64,000 nt of DNA from the NCBI RefSeq assembly GCF_018350175.1, contig NC_058368.1, positions 155,622,001 through 155,686,000 on the forward strand, given 5' to 3'. The notes beneath the pieces were generated by a model. The model was given only the letters and a program-made list of their open reading frames with translations. It was not told the DNA's origin and ran no database searches. The DNA comes from Felis catus (lineage: Eukaryota). Shown piece after piece: positions 14,188-24,742 of this stretch (the stretch's first letter is position 1; each line of letters starts with the position of its first letter). The position numbers were made by a program, and so were the translations under genes.

Positions 14188-14580
14188 GCAACCCAACCAC
14201 CACTGGAACAGAAAATATCCAAAATTTTCTTCCTAAGATAATATTGCTCAAACTCACTGAGGAGATTTCAACTGTTCTATTCCCAAAATAGATACAAGTA
14301 AATAGCTACTGTAATTCTTTAGCCCATAAAGTTATTGGTTGGGATGGAAGAAATGTTATTTTTCTGAAATGTTCCCTTAGAGTGATGATCTGTCTATGTG
14401 AATGGCCTGGAGACAGGATGCAGATCCGAAGCAGTTTGACTCTATGGGTAATGTTCTTCCCTTTCTATCACGCCACCTCTTATTTAACTCTTTTGTAGAA
14501 AAAAATAAACAAGTCTCTTTGCCTTCCTATACCTCCCCCACATCTCACACTTATATTTTCTCTATATCAGGAGTGGTGGG

Positions 14581-14998
14581 TGTTATGGGTTGAATTGTGT
14601 CCTGTTGAAATGTGTATTTTGAAGTCTTAACCCCAGTATCTCAGAATGTGACCTTATTTGAAGACAGGGCCTTTACAGAGGTGATTAAATTAAATGACAT
14701 TATTAGGGTGGGCCCTAATCCCATCTGACTGGTGTCCTTATAAAAACAGGAAAATTGGACACAGAGACATGCACAGAGGGAAGATGTTATGAAGAGACAA
14801 GAAACAGAAGATGGCCACATACAAGCTGAGGAGAGAGGTCTGAAACAGATTTTCCCTCACAGCCCTCAGAAAGAACCAATCCTGCCCCCACCTTCATCTT
14901 GGGCTTTGGATCTTCAGAACTGTGAGACAATACATTTCTGTTCCTTAAGCCACCCAGTTTGTGGTGCTTTGTTAAGGCAGCCCTAGCAAATGAATACA
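14581..14998 (+). mobile_element. MaLR solo LTR (MLT1B/C-like)
   Basis: tgttatgggttgaattgtgtc...ggcagccctagcaaatgaataca termini; 5-bp TSD gtggg/gtagg. Confidence 0.88.
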
Positions 14999-16184
14999 GT
15001 AGGTTTTGAACCAAAGAGCTAGAGGGTGTGAACATTTTATAGTATGTATAAAGGCAGGATTGGGCTACATTTGGAAGAGCCACAGTATATCAGAATAGGG
15101 AGGTTAAATGGGAATCATAGTAGGAAGATCAGTGTCACCCTATTCGGTCCATTCCTAGAGTCTGTCTCCTCCTAGCTCCCATATTCAGTCTGTGATGCAT
15201 TGTTCTTATTTGTGGAGATTCATACAATTATTACAGGCTAGAAACGAGTTCAGAGACCATTCCTTTCAGTGACGTAACACTGTATGGGTTTTCAAAAAGA
15301 CTTCATCTATACCCTTCAAGTCAAAACCATCATCTGTTCCTTTACCTAGTTGTCATTTGAGAACTGAGGAAATGGACTTTATGACTATTTTCCAGTTACT
15401 ACAATTTTGAAAGTTGCTTCCTAATATCAGATAGTAAGGTTTCTGGCAACTGAGACTACTGTTTCTACTTTTTCTGTTTTCTCATTTATTCAGTTTTGGC
15501 TATTAATTGTTGAGCACCCACTATGTGAAAGTTCCTAGGGATGCAAAGGAATGACTTATGAGCTATAAATAAAGCACAGACAAGTAGAGTGGAAACACAA
15601 TGGAGGGAAAAATTATTGAGTGCCTACTGTATTAAAGGGAAGTCCTAGGGGGTTCTTTCTATATTACCCTATTTTATGCTTTTATCAAATCTCTCACCCT
15701 GTGGATTGCTAGATATATTTTACACATGAGAAAAAGGAGCTGAAAGAAATAACCCACTTAGAGACTGTAGGTTACTGAGCTGGATTTTAATCTGGGAATG
15801 CTTGTGTCCCTAACTATGGCTTGGTTATAGGTCCACACTCCCACTGCAGGTAGGTCCCTCTGGTTTAGAATATTTGTTAACACTGGTGTTATCAGAGACA
15901 ATACATATTATAAAAAGACTATAAATAAAATCTAAATGAAGACCTTCCCCCAATATCTGATAACCCCATGGTATTTATTACAAGTTGCAATCACATGTTT
16001 ATTTGCTTAACGTCCATGCCTAACCATACTTTAAGCTCCTTGACGGTTACGATGGGCCTATATTTGGTCACCATTTCATCTTAGCACCTAGGACACTACA
16101 TGTTATATAGGGCATTCAATTAATATTTGCTGAATGAATACAGGAGCAAATAATTAAATCTAGTTGAAATTTTAATTGGGCTGG

Positions 16185-16585
16185 TGCTATGAGCTGAACT
16201 GTTTCCCCACAAACATTCATACATTGAAGTCCTAACTCCCAGTACCCTAGACTTTATTTGGAGATATTTACCGAGATAATTAAGTTAAAATGAGGTCTTA
16301 ATCCAATGCATAATCCAAGTGCATAATCCAATGATTGGAGTCTTTATAAGAGGAGGAAACTGGGACACAGATAGCTACACAAGGAAGATAATGTGAAGAC
16401 ACAGGGTGAAGGTGGGCATCTACAAGCCTGATACAGATCCTTCTCTCATAGCCCTCAGAAGGAACCAACCTTGCTCACATCTTGATCACAGCCTTCTAGA
16501 CTCCAAACCGTGAAAAAATAAATTTCTGTTCTTTAAGCTCCCCAAGCTGGAGTACTTGTTACGGCAGCCCTGGCAAACTAAGACA
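16185..16585 (+). mobile_element. MaLR solo LTR (MLT1B-like)
   Basis: tgctatgagctgaactg...ggcagccctggcaaactaagaca; small internal tandem triplication of taatccaa(g)tgca near 16299-16333. Confidence 0.85.
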
Positions 16586-19169
16586 TGGTATACTGAACCA
16601 AACTCTCCTTTAACAAAAAGGTATATATTAAGATTTGCCCACTACTCAGTCAATAATAGTCCAAGTTTTACAGCTTTTCTAGGAACATAATCATCCATTC
16701 TAAGATAATAAATCAACTTAAAGCATCTTATACACTGCCCTGGCCATTGCACCAACAACTAAAAGGAGTTCTACACTATACATCCTGGGGGGAAGAAGAA
16801 GACTAATTATTAAACAATGCAGTTACTCTTTTGGAGAAAAAGAAGAGATATAACAGGTTGTACAGTTTTAGAAACGAATATTGAATCCAAAATGTAGTGA
16901 ATTCTCAGGAAGGCCTCAATTCTTCCTTTTCCAACCCTAGTCTTTGGCAGGCAGTCAGTAGCAGAGTCAACAGTAATAAGTGAAGTTGGTTGGTACTTCA
17001 TCATTTTGTTGGAAACTGGGGGATGCAAGTCTAAAAAGCCCAAGTTCAATGCCAAAGTAGCTAATTTTGTCTTTAGCAGAATTCACAGCAGGGTTCCGAG
17101 CTAAAAGTGAGGTGGCAGGGCAGCAGCCCAACACACTGATGTGCTGCACTGTCTTCTGAAGATAGCCCCGGACGTAAACAACACAGTCTCTTCAAGATCG
17201 TCTGTTCTATTCACTGGTGTAACTGTGATTATGCTAATGCTTTGCGTTAAGGATTTTACTGGGTATAGGGGTAGATTCATTTCATGACAGTTCACCTTTC
17301 ACCTGGCTGGGGCTGTAATCACAGGAACTGACCCTGCCTTCAAACCTAGAAGTCTATGGATCTTATTTATATTCATTTGGTTTCTTCAAATACGACAAGC
17401 AAGGAGGATTCTACTGTGATAAAAACAGGATTTTGATACTTTGAAATGGTTTTTAAAATTGAAAAGTAAACATTCAGAAACATGAAGATGATTTGGGCTT
17501 ATATTATATTCTAAATATGGGTTAACACCACTGAGGTATATAAACACACTGATTGTAATTGTAAATTACCATGTTGTGCAGGAAAACAGACATATGGCAG
17601 GTGTCTTCACTCACTAAGCTATACTACAGCTCTTTAACATTAATGGGCATCTGATTTAAAGGAAAAAACTAATTTTTAGCAATGTGTCTCTGATATATCC
17701 CAATACTCCTCCGTTTAGAGAACTGCCTTTCTTTTTAAAGAAACCACAGATCTGACTAAAAATGAAAAGGCCAAATTTAATATTTTGAAATAAAATTGCC
17801 TTATAATTAAAAATTACCATTTTATAGATAAAAAAAGACTGGAAGAATGAATACTTTTAGGAACTCTAGATTTCCTAGCACCTTCCTTTAGAAATGTTTC
17901 TTAAATATTTTTATTGTATAATACATATAGCAGAACAATTTTATAAAATCACCAACGATAGTTACTTATGTATATATTTCTATATGTAACACACCTTTTC
18001 CTTAAAAAATAAAAAGTATCATAAAGCTTAATAAACTGTTTTGCCTCACTCAACAATCTATTCTGAATTTTGTGAAAACTGTAACTCTATAATACAATTT
18101 TTACCATATATGGTGGTCCTTTTGATTTACTTAGCTTTTGTTGAACATTTAGGGTGTTTCTAACTTTTTGTTGTTAAAAAAATGCTTTAATGACCACCCT
18201 CATCACTAAATTTTTGCACACACATACAATTTTTTCTTATAAAAATTCATTAAAGTCGAAATGATTGTCCAAAGAAAAATCACATTTTAAAACTTCCCAT
18301 ATGAATTATCCAATAGCCTTTCATGAAGGTTGCCTCAATTCACACTCCCACAAAATGGAATAGTCAAATAATTGTTTGTTAGTTTTGTCTGTAACCACCA
18401 CCATACTGTTTATTGCAGTTTCATAATATTTGGTAGGATAAGGACACCCTGACTCTCTTCTTCAAAATTTTATTTTCCTAAGTTTTATTCTTTCCATTTA
18501 CAACCACCTTGTCAAGAAATACTCTCATATTCCGCTAGGATTTTATTGGAGGGCATTGTAGTTTTCACTTTCAAAACATTGTTTTACATAGATAATACAA
18601 TTTTGTACCTTAAAAAAAATAGATTCTGCCAAGGAAACAAATACTGTTTAGTAAGCAAGACAATTTCTAGAAGGAAGCTATAAACAGAAGTGGCTACAAT
18701 GAAAAATAAATCTCCTGATGTAGTTTTAGTATAATAGGCAAAGATGTATAGTATGTATACTTGAAAAATATGAAATTATAGAAAACATTTAGATGATATT
18801 TCAAGAACAATGTTTTGGAATAAGGGAGCATATCTTAACACTTCAAGTTTTCTTAGACAATAGATAGGAAAGATTCTAGGAACAAGAGAAATTGTTCTTT
18901 ATGATAGGAAACTCATTAAAGTGTCAAAGACTGATGAAAGTATAAGAACAACAAAGGCAATAATTAATAGAGTATTTGGCTGAATTTGAAAGACTTATGT
19001 AAGAAGTGGTTCAGGTCCTCTATTCTACGCTGAGCTAGAGACATCCAGACTATACAGATTCAAAGAAAACCAGGAATTACCTGTTAGACTGGTATTGGGT
19101 CAAGGGAAAACTCTTGAGAGTAAGGTGGCCAAAGGGAATGTATTTCTAAAATTCTGAAACCGTAGATCT

Positions 19170-19300
19170 ACAAAGAGCTACGTCTCCTTTGAGAATGTGA
19201 TAAAAGCTATCATCACCATCTTTAAAGATGCACACATGTACAAACACACTATTCTGCCTGTACTGTAAAGGGGTTCGACGTCTTCAGGTTAAGAATACTT
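19170..19300 (+). mobile_element. hAT-Charlie fossil (Charlie4z-like)
   Basis: cctttgagaatgtgataaaagctat...gcacacatg...aggggttc...caggttaagaa resembles the recalled consensus. Confidence 0.55.
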
Positions 19301-20269
19301 GCCTTGTCTAAAGAAAACATGAGATAAAGGAAACATTTGATAAAAGAAATATTTCGGAATGACGGTGAAGATCTTATTGAGTGGCTGGAATTCGTGTTTT
19401 TAATTGACATTAGGGGAAATCTGGTAAATACGGAGACTCTGGACTACTGTTTGACTTTTGCCTCTGCCAACCATTCCACTGAAAATGTTTTCACTCTAGT
19501 ATCACTGACACCTTTGCTAGCGACATGGTACATCTGACTTGATTTTGTGTTATTTTGATCTCTGTATTTTGATACTGTCCAGTACTGACATCACATTGTT
19601 GGTTTTCTCCCAATTCTAAGGGCAATTCAATTCTTAGTTTTGGGGGGTTTTATTATTAAGGTTTCTACTCATAATCTTAAATCTTTGAAAAACCTGAAAT
19701 CCTTTAAAGATCAAAGTTTCCCTAAGGTCCAGCCTTTTCTCTTTACATAGTCAAGTCAGGAGGACGAGTGATGGAAAAATCGCATTTTAAGTTATGTGAA
19801 GGCTGATCAGTGACACAACGTGGTGCTTGCCTAACCAGAGGTGCAGCAGCTGTGTGCAAGACGCAGTTGTGCAGGTGCTGAGGCAGGTCCTTGGAGCTGT
19901 TCCCGAAATCAAAAGCCCATTACCAATTCTCCAAATACGCAGGGGCTACAGAATTCAGGAAGCAGCCTGGGTGAGAGACAGCCTCCTCATATCTTTTAGG
20001 AGCTGAATGTTGACACAACCACAGTTGTTCATCCCAGCATTAAACACTACCTGGCCCTCTGCAGAAACATCTCCCTTTCAAGGTTGTCCAGAAGGGCTGT
20101 CTGGGAAAAGGAAGAAATGAGACTGGTGCTCTGTGACTTTTACTGGGAGAGTCCAAGAATAAGTGATTAGTCATCTGTTGAATCTAAAGTTTGTCTCTAT
20201 CTTCACAAACGTCTATGTATCATCAGTGTTTTATCTTCAAACACTGACAAGAGAAAAATATACATCGGG

Positions 20270-20650
20270 AGAAATCAGAGAAAACTAGAAAAAAGCAATT
20301 AATAGAAATAAAAGCTAAAAGTTAATTAATTATAAAATAAAATAAAAACAGCAGTAACTAAGATAAACATTTTTACAAATACTTGGTCTTTGAAAATACC
20401 TATAGATAAATATTTTGTAAGAACTGATTATGGGGAAAAAAAGGAGAAAGAAAAAACTGACAGATTAGTAATTAAGAAGACTCATATATAATATTTAGTG
20501 ATGGAATCAGAAAGCAATAAATATTACATGCAGGTATGTCTGTTTAGTATATGATGATCAAAATTTACCAATGTAGAAGGAGAAAACTAGAAAAGACCAA
20601 TTTCGTAGGAGAGATTGGAAAAGTGGTATAAGATATACCATCACAAAAAC
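20270..20650 (+). mobile_element. Highly decayed ancient L1 ORF2 fragment
   Basis: A-rich sequence with L1-like motifs (ttggtctttgaaaa; gaaaactagaaaagaccaat; gagattggaaaagtggt). Confidence 0.45.
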
Positions 20651-21092
20651 CAGGGAATGTTGACTCAACCATCACAGATATTCTCTAAGATGCATATCTG
20701 AGTTCAAAAGAAAGTAAGGAAAACAGCCAGGTAATAAACCAAATGGAGCTGAGAACCAGAGAAGTAAGCTGGAGTTGAGGCTGAGCAAGTGTTGTCCACC
20801 TTGCCAACCTCAGTAAGAAAGGGGTTCCAAACACAATGACCTGGGCAGGACTGTGGATAAACCAGTGGGATTCCATAAGGTGGAGATCTGGATTGAGACC
20901 TCCACCTGAAACTGAGCACTCTAAATGAAAAGGTGAATTAGGAGGAAAAAAAAAAAAGCATCTTTCAAGAAAGGGAGGAGCACAAGAAAACACTTGTATT
21001 TCAGCATGGTCCCTTGGGTAGGTTTTGTGTACTCTTTCTGTACCCCAACCTCAAACCTTCCCCCAGAGGTTACTATTATCTTGGACTCTATG

Positions 21093-21098
21093 TTTATT
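21093..21098 (-). terminator. Candidate poly(A) signal of POU5F2
   Basis: First AATAAA I found on the minus strand downstream of the stop codon (about 410 nt of 3'UTR). Confidence 0.35.
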
Positions 21099-21510
21099 TT
21101 TACATAAAGTTCTGCTTGGTTTTGATTAAAAAAAAAAAAAGGTATACTGAAATAATCTTCTGTGTTTCAATTTTTCACCCAATGGTGTGTTTATAAGGAA
21201 AAAATCCGATGTTTACTGATAATCACAAGGAATAACAGACACAAGTAATTTTCAATTAATAACAGAGAGAGAGAGAAACAAAATATCCTAAACCATATAC
21301 GTAATGTACCTTAAAGTCAATGCTAGGTAAAAACACTGGAATAATAAACTTCAACTTCCCTCCCCTGAATTTCCTAAACAACTCCCAAACCATCCCTTAA
21401 GTATTAACCTCTTTAGACAGTTAATGGAGCTCTTAATGTTAACAGCCCTGAAATGAACCTCAGGCATCACCCATTTCCCCAGTTCAGCTCTGCCCAGAAG
21501 GGCGGGCCCC

Positions 21511-22524
21511 TCAGTTTGAAAGCCTGGAGTAGCCAAGAGGGGTGGCTGGGGCAGAGAGGTGGGTCCCCTCCACAGGGTAAGGGGTGAAGTGTGTAAAATA
21601 GGGCTCTTCATAGCAGGGGGAACCAAAATGGGGCCCTGATGCCAGAGGAAAGCATACCGGCCCCCCTGGGAAAGGAGGCCACCCCCCTGCCCCCACATCC
21701 TCCTGTGGGGAGAAATCAATGGTTGGCTGACCATCCATCTTGTTCCGATTATAGAACCAAACTCGGACCAGTTCCTTCTGTAGCCGGAGCTGCCCAGCGA
21801 TGCGGCTGATTTGCTGGGGTGTGGGCTTCGGGCACTGCAAGAAGAGTTTCTCCAGATAGTTTACGATGCGTCGCTCCCTGCTTTCCTGTCTTCGCTTCCG
21901 AGCCTGCTGCAGGATCATCTCTATTTTGCATACACCCATAAAGTTCTTGGTGTCCACTTCCTCCAGCCACATTTTCATCAGCAGTCCCAACTTCCACATG
22001 TTGGCGATGCTGAGCTGCTGGGCCTCAAAGCGGCAGACGGTTGTCTGGCTAAGAACCTTTCCAAAGAGAGCCCCCACGGCAAACGCCACGTCGGCCTGTG
22101 AGTACCCCAGGGCCATTCTCTTTCGCCTCAGCTCCTTGGCCAGCTGCTCCATCTCTTTCTCTATGGCTGAGACGTCCTCTGGCAGTGCCAACCTTGGGAT
22201 GCACTGCAGGACGATGTAGGGCCTGGGGAAGGTGCCCTCTGAGGGGCTCGGGAACCAGGCTCCCACCTTGCCAGCTCCGACCCCGGGCGTGCAGGGTGCC
22301 ATCCCGCCCCGGAATTTGTATGGCAGGGGACCCAGGGGCATCTCCCACACCTCAGGGCCTGGGCTGACCCCCTGCTGGATTCCCGGCTGGACCATCAGCA
22401 TGCTCGGAGCCGCCTGGGCGGTCAACCAGGCCGGAGTGTCAACCCGCACCGGCACTGGCCCTCTGGGCCCGCCCCTACCACTGCCTGGCAGTGGGGAGAA
22501 GTATGAGGGCCTGGGTCCCGCCAT
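21511..22524 (-). CDS. POU5F2: POU domain class 5 transcription factor 2 (Sprm1), intronless, 337 aa
   Basis: Uninterrupted ORF starting MAGPRPS. It has a POU-specific domain (LAKELRRKRMALGYSQADVAFAVGALFGKVLSQTTVCRFEAQQLS) and a POU homeodomain with the POU5F2-type WFYNR. The listed ORF opens at a GTG (22539); the likely ATG is at 22522-22524 (ccccATGG). The position inside a FAM172A intron matches the known locus. Confidence 0.96.
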   Translation of the reverse strand: MAGPRPSYFSPLPGSGRGGPRGPVPVRVDTPAWLTAQAAPSMLMVQPGIQQGVSPGPEVWEMPLGPLPYKFRGGMAPCTPGVGAGKVGAWFPSPSEGTFPRPYIVLQCIPRLALPEDVSAIEKEMEQLAKELRRKRMALGYSQADVAFAVGALFGKVLSQTTVCRFEAQQLSIANMWKLGLLMKMWLEEVDTKNFMGVCKIEMILQQARKRRQESRERRIVNYLEKLFLQCPKPTPQQISRIAGQLRLQKELVRVWFYNRNKMDGQPTIDFSPQEDVGAGGWPPFPGGPVCFPLASGPHFGSPCYEEPYFTHFTPYPVEGTHLSAPATPLGYSRLSN

Positions 22525-22611
22525 GGGGTAAGACGGCACCGGAGCAGGGAGTCTGGTAGGAACTGAGGGTCCTCGAGGCTTCGGAACAGCCGCCAGCCTT
22601 GCCCTCGAGCC

Positions 22612-22625
22612 CTGCCCCCTAGTGG
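22612..22625 (-). promoter_or_regulatory. CTCF/BORIS core motif upstream of POU5F2
   Basis: Minus strand reads CCACTAGGGGGCAG, an exact fit to CCASYAGRKGGCRS. A CTGCA-containing upstream module lies at the usual spacing. Confidence 0.7.
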
Positions 22626-23639
22626 GCAGAGATGGAGGTGCAGGTGAGAGAAACAGGCCAGGGGTGTATTTGGGCAGGGGTGAGGAAATCCAGTAGACCT
22701 ACCGGTAATCCCTTGGGTCTGCAGGATTAAACGAGTGGGTTTCCCACCCTGGTCTATGCTTCTAACTCCCTCCGTGGTATAGGTCTCTCTCTCTCTGGCT
22801 TTGTACTTTTAAGAGGTCTGGGATCTCAGTCACTGCCTCCATCCTCTCCCTGAAGGGAACCTAGGCATTTTCTAACAGCTCTTCAGAATTCCAGTATCGA
22901 ATCCTTTTCCTCCACATTACCTGTGGAGGAACGACCCCTTTTGGCTTCACAAATATTTGTTGAACATCTATATACCAGGTATTGCTGGGACCATTCCTAA
23001 ATTCATTAACCATCCCCTCACTGCTATCATTGTGGTCACAAGCACTGCCAATAGCCTTCCCTGCCCATCTTTAGTTCCTGTGCTCTGAGAAACCTAAGCA
23101 TTCCTCCCTAAATTTCTTCTAGTGTCTATCAGTTAACTGTCAGCTTCTACTCCCAGCCCTCACGCTTTGTCATTGTACTCTCTCACCGGGGCTGAGTTTC
23201 TTGACTAATTATTCATGTTTCCCCCCACCAGCCCCCCAGAGCCTTTGCTCTGCAGCCTACCTCAGCTTCCTGGTCCGGTTTCCACATACAACAGAGACTT
23301 ATATGTTTCATCTTTCTCCCCCTCTGGAGACAGGTCTCAGAACAGGCCCGACCTGCTGTTCCCCACTGAAGATGCTCCCTTTAATACCTGCTTCACCAAC
23401 ATCAGGCTCCCCTATCCCTGGCCCCTTTCCCATCAGAGACCCAAGGATCTGAGAATATTTGTCCCTCCATCATGTCCCCATCTCAAGCATCCAGTACTAG
23501 GCTTTATGTGAAGAAAGTTAAGGAAGGAGTGGGAGAAGATCTGACCTCAGGTTCAAAGCTTCCAAGGAAGAGCTTTGGGAAGGGAGAAGACAGTCACCTT
23601 GGCTGGACAATCCCAGCCTCTTACCCTTTCACTTTCTAA

Positions 23640-24490
23640 CTGAACCATGATGTGGCTTTGCCCTATCGACATCTACTGAAATTGGCCTTCTTGAAGTTAT
23701 TGCCAACCTTCCAAATGTCAAATCTGATGGCCTTTTAAAAATTCTCATCCTATTAAAATTCTCTGCAGTATCTGACAAGGCTGACTACTCTTCTTGCTCC
23801 TTCTTTTTAAATTTCCATGACATGCTGGTAAGAGCCAAATTTGTATTTTAGCCCTGACTCCTAATATCCAATTCTGTATTTCCCACTGCCCCAAATCAAA
23901 TTCATTATTTGCATCCCTAAAACTGCCTCTCCTCCAGGGGTCCCCGAGTTGGTTAATGGCTTTATCACCCACTCAGTCACCCAAGCTTAGACCCAGAAAC
24001 TGTTCTTGACCTTTCCCATTTCTTCCTCCCTCCCTCCCTTCCTTCTTTCCCAGCCTCATCTACCACACTCTCCCTGCTTGCATTCCATCTTGCTCAGTGA
24101 GAATATCTCACTTTGCACTAAAGATGTTACACTTTTTACGACTATTATACCTTTATTCATGCTGGCCCTTCTGTCTGAAATGGCTTCCCTTTGCTTTTTG
24201 GTCTCATTCATTCAGGATTCTGCTCAAATGTCATCTCATTAGAGGCCTTCTCTGACTATCCTATCTAAAATAGTAACCGTTATCACTCTCTGTTCCCCTT
24301 ATTAAAGCTTTGTTTTGTGGTATTAATAGGCCTCACTACCTAATATATAATTATTTGTCATATGCTTATTGTAGGTTTCTCTGCTGCAAAGAGAACAGGG
24401 ACTTTGTCCAGTTCACTGCAGTGTCTATGGTGCCTACAACTGTGCCTGGCTCATAGAAGGTGCTCAGTAAACATTCACTGAATAAATGAA
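23640..24490 (+). mobile_element. LINE-2 3' portion
   Basis: L2 motifs ctgctcaaatgtcatctc...aggccttctctgactatcctatctaaaatag; terminal tgtgcctggctcatagaaggtgctcagtaaacattcactgaataaatgaa. Confidence 0.75.
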
Positions 24491-24533
24491 GCATGCTCTA
24501 TTTCCAGCTACCTTTAAGATGCAGTTTAGAAGT

Positions 24534-24742
24534 GGGGTGCCTGGGTGGCTCAGTTGGTTGAGCGTCCACCTTCGGCTCAAGTCATGATCTCGTGCTTGTG
24601 GGTTTGAGCCCTGCATCAGGCTCCATGCTGACAGCTCAGAGCCTGAAGCCTGCTTTGGATTCTGTGTCTCCTTCTCTCTCTGCCCCTCCCCTGCCCACGC
24701 TGTGTCTTTGTCTCTCAAAAAATAAAACATTAAAAAAAATTT
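24534..24742 (+). mobile_element. CanSINE
   Basis: Full body; perfect 18-bp TSD aagatgcagtttagaagt at 24516-24533 and 24743-24760. Confidence 0.95.

Noticed and set aside
14188..14211. Y RNA origin of the 24-bp insert
   Set aside because: Only loose similarity to a Y RNA 5' end over a very short length; not supportable without a search.
13867..14257. Low-complexity ORFs (LPSF/EGRK repeats)
   Set aside because: Translations of the microsatellite.
14581..16585. Two co-oriented MLT1 LTRs 1.2 kb apart as one full-length MaLR provirus
   Set aside because: The first LTR has its own 5-bp TSD, the two LTRs differ substantially, and the spacer holds MIR/L2-like fragments rather than MLT-int.
21351..22531. 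Overlapping alternative-frame and antisense ORFs over POU5F2
   Set aside because: Expected by-products of GC-rich coding sequence; no recognisable domains.
21511..22539. Calling the ORF POU5F1/Oct4 or an Oct4 pseudogene, or using the GTG start
   Set aside because: The WFYNR helix, divergent N-terminus, intact frame and FAM172A-intronic position indicate POU5F2; the ATG at 22524 matches the family start MAG.
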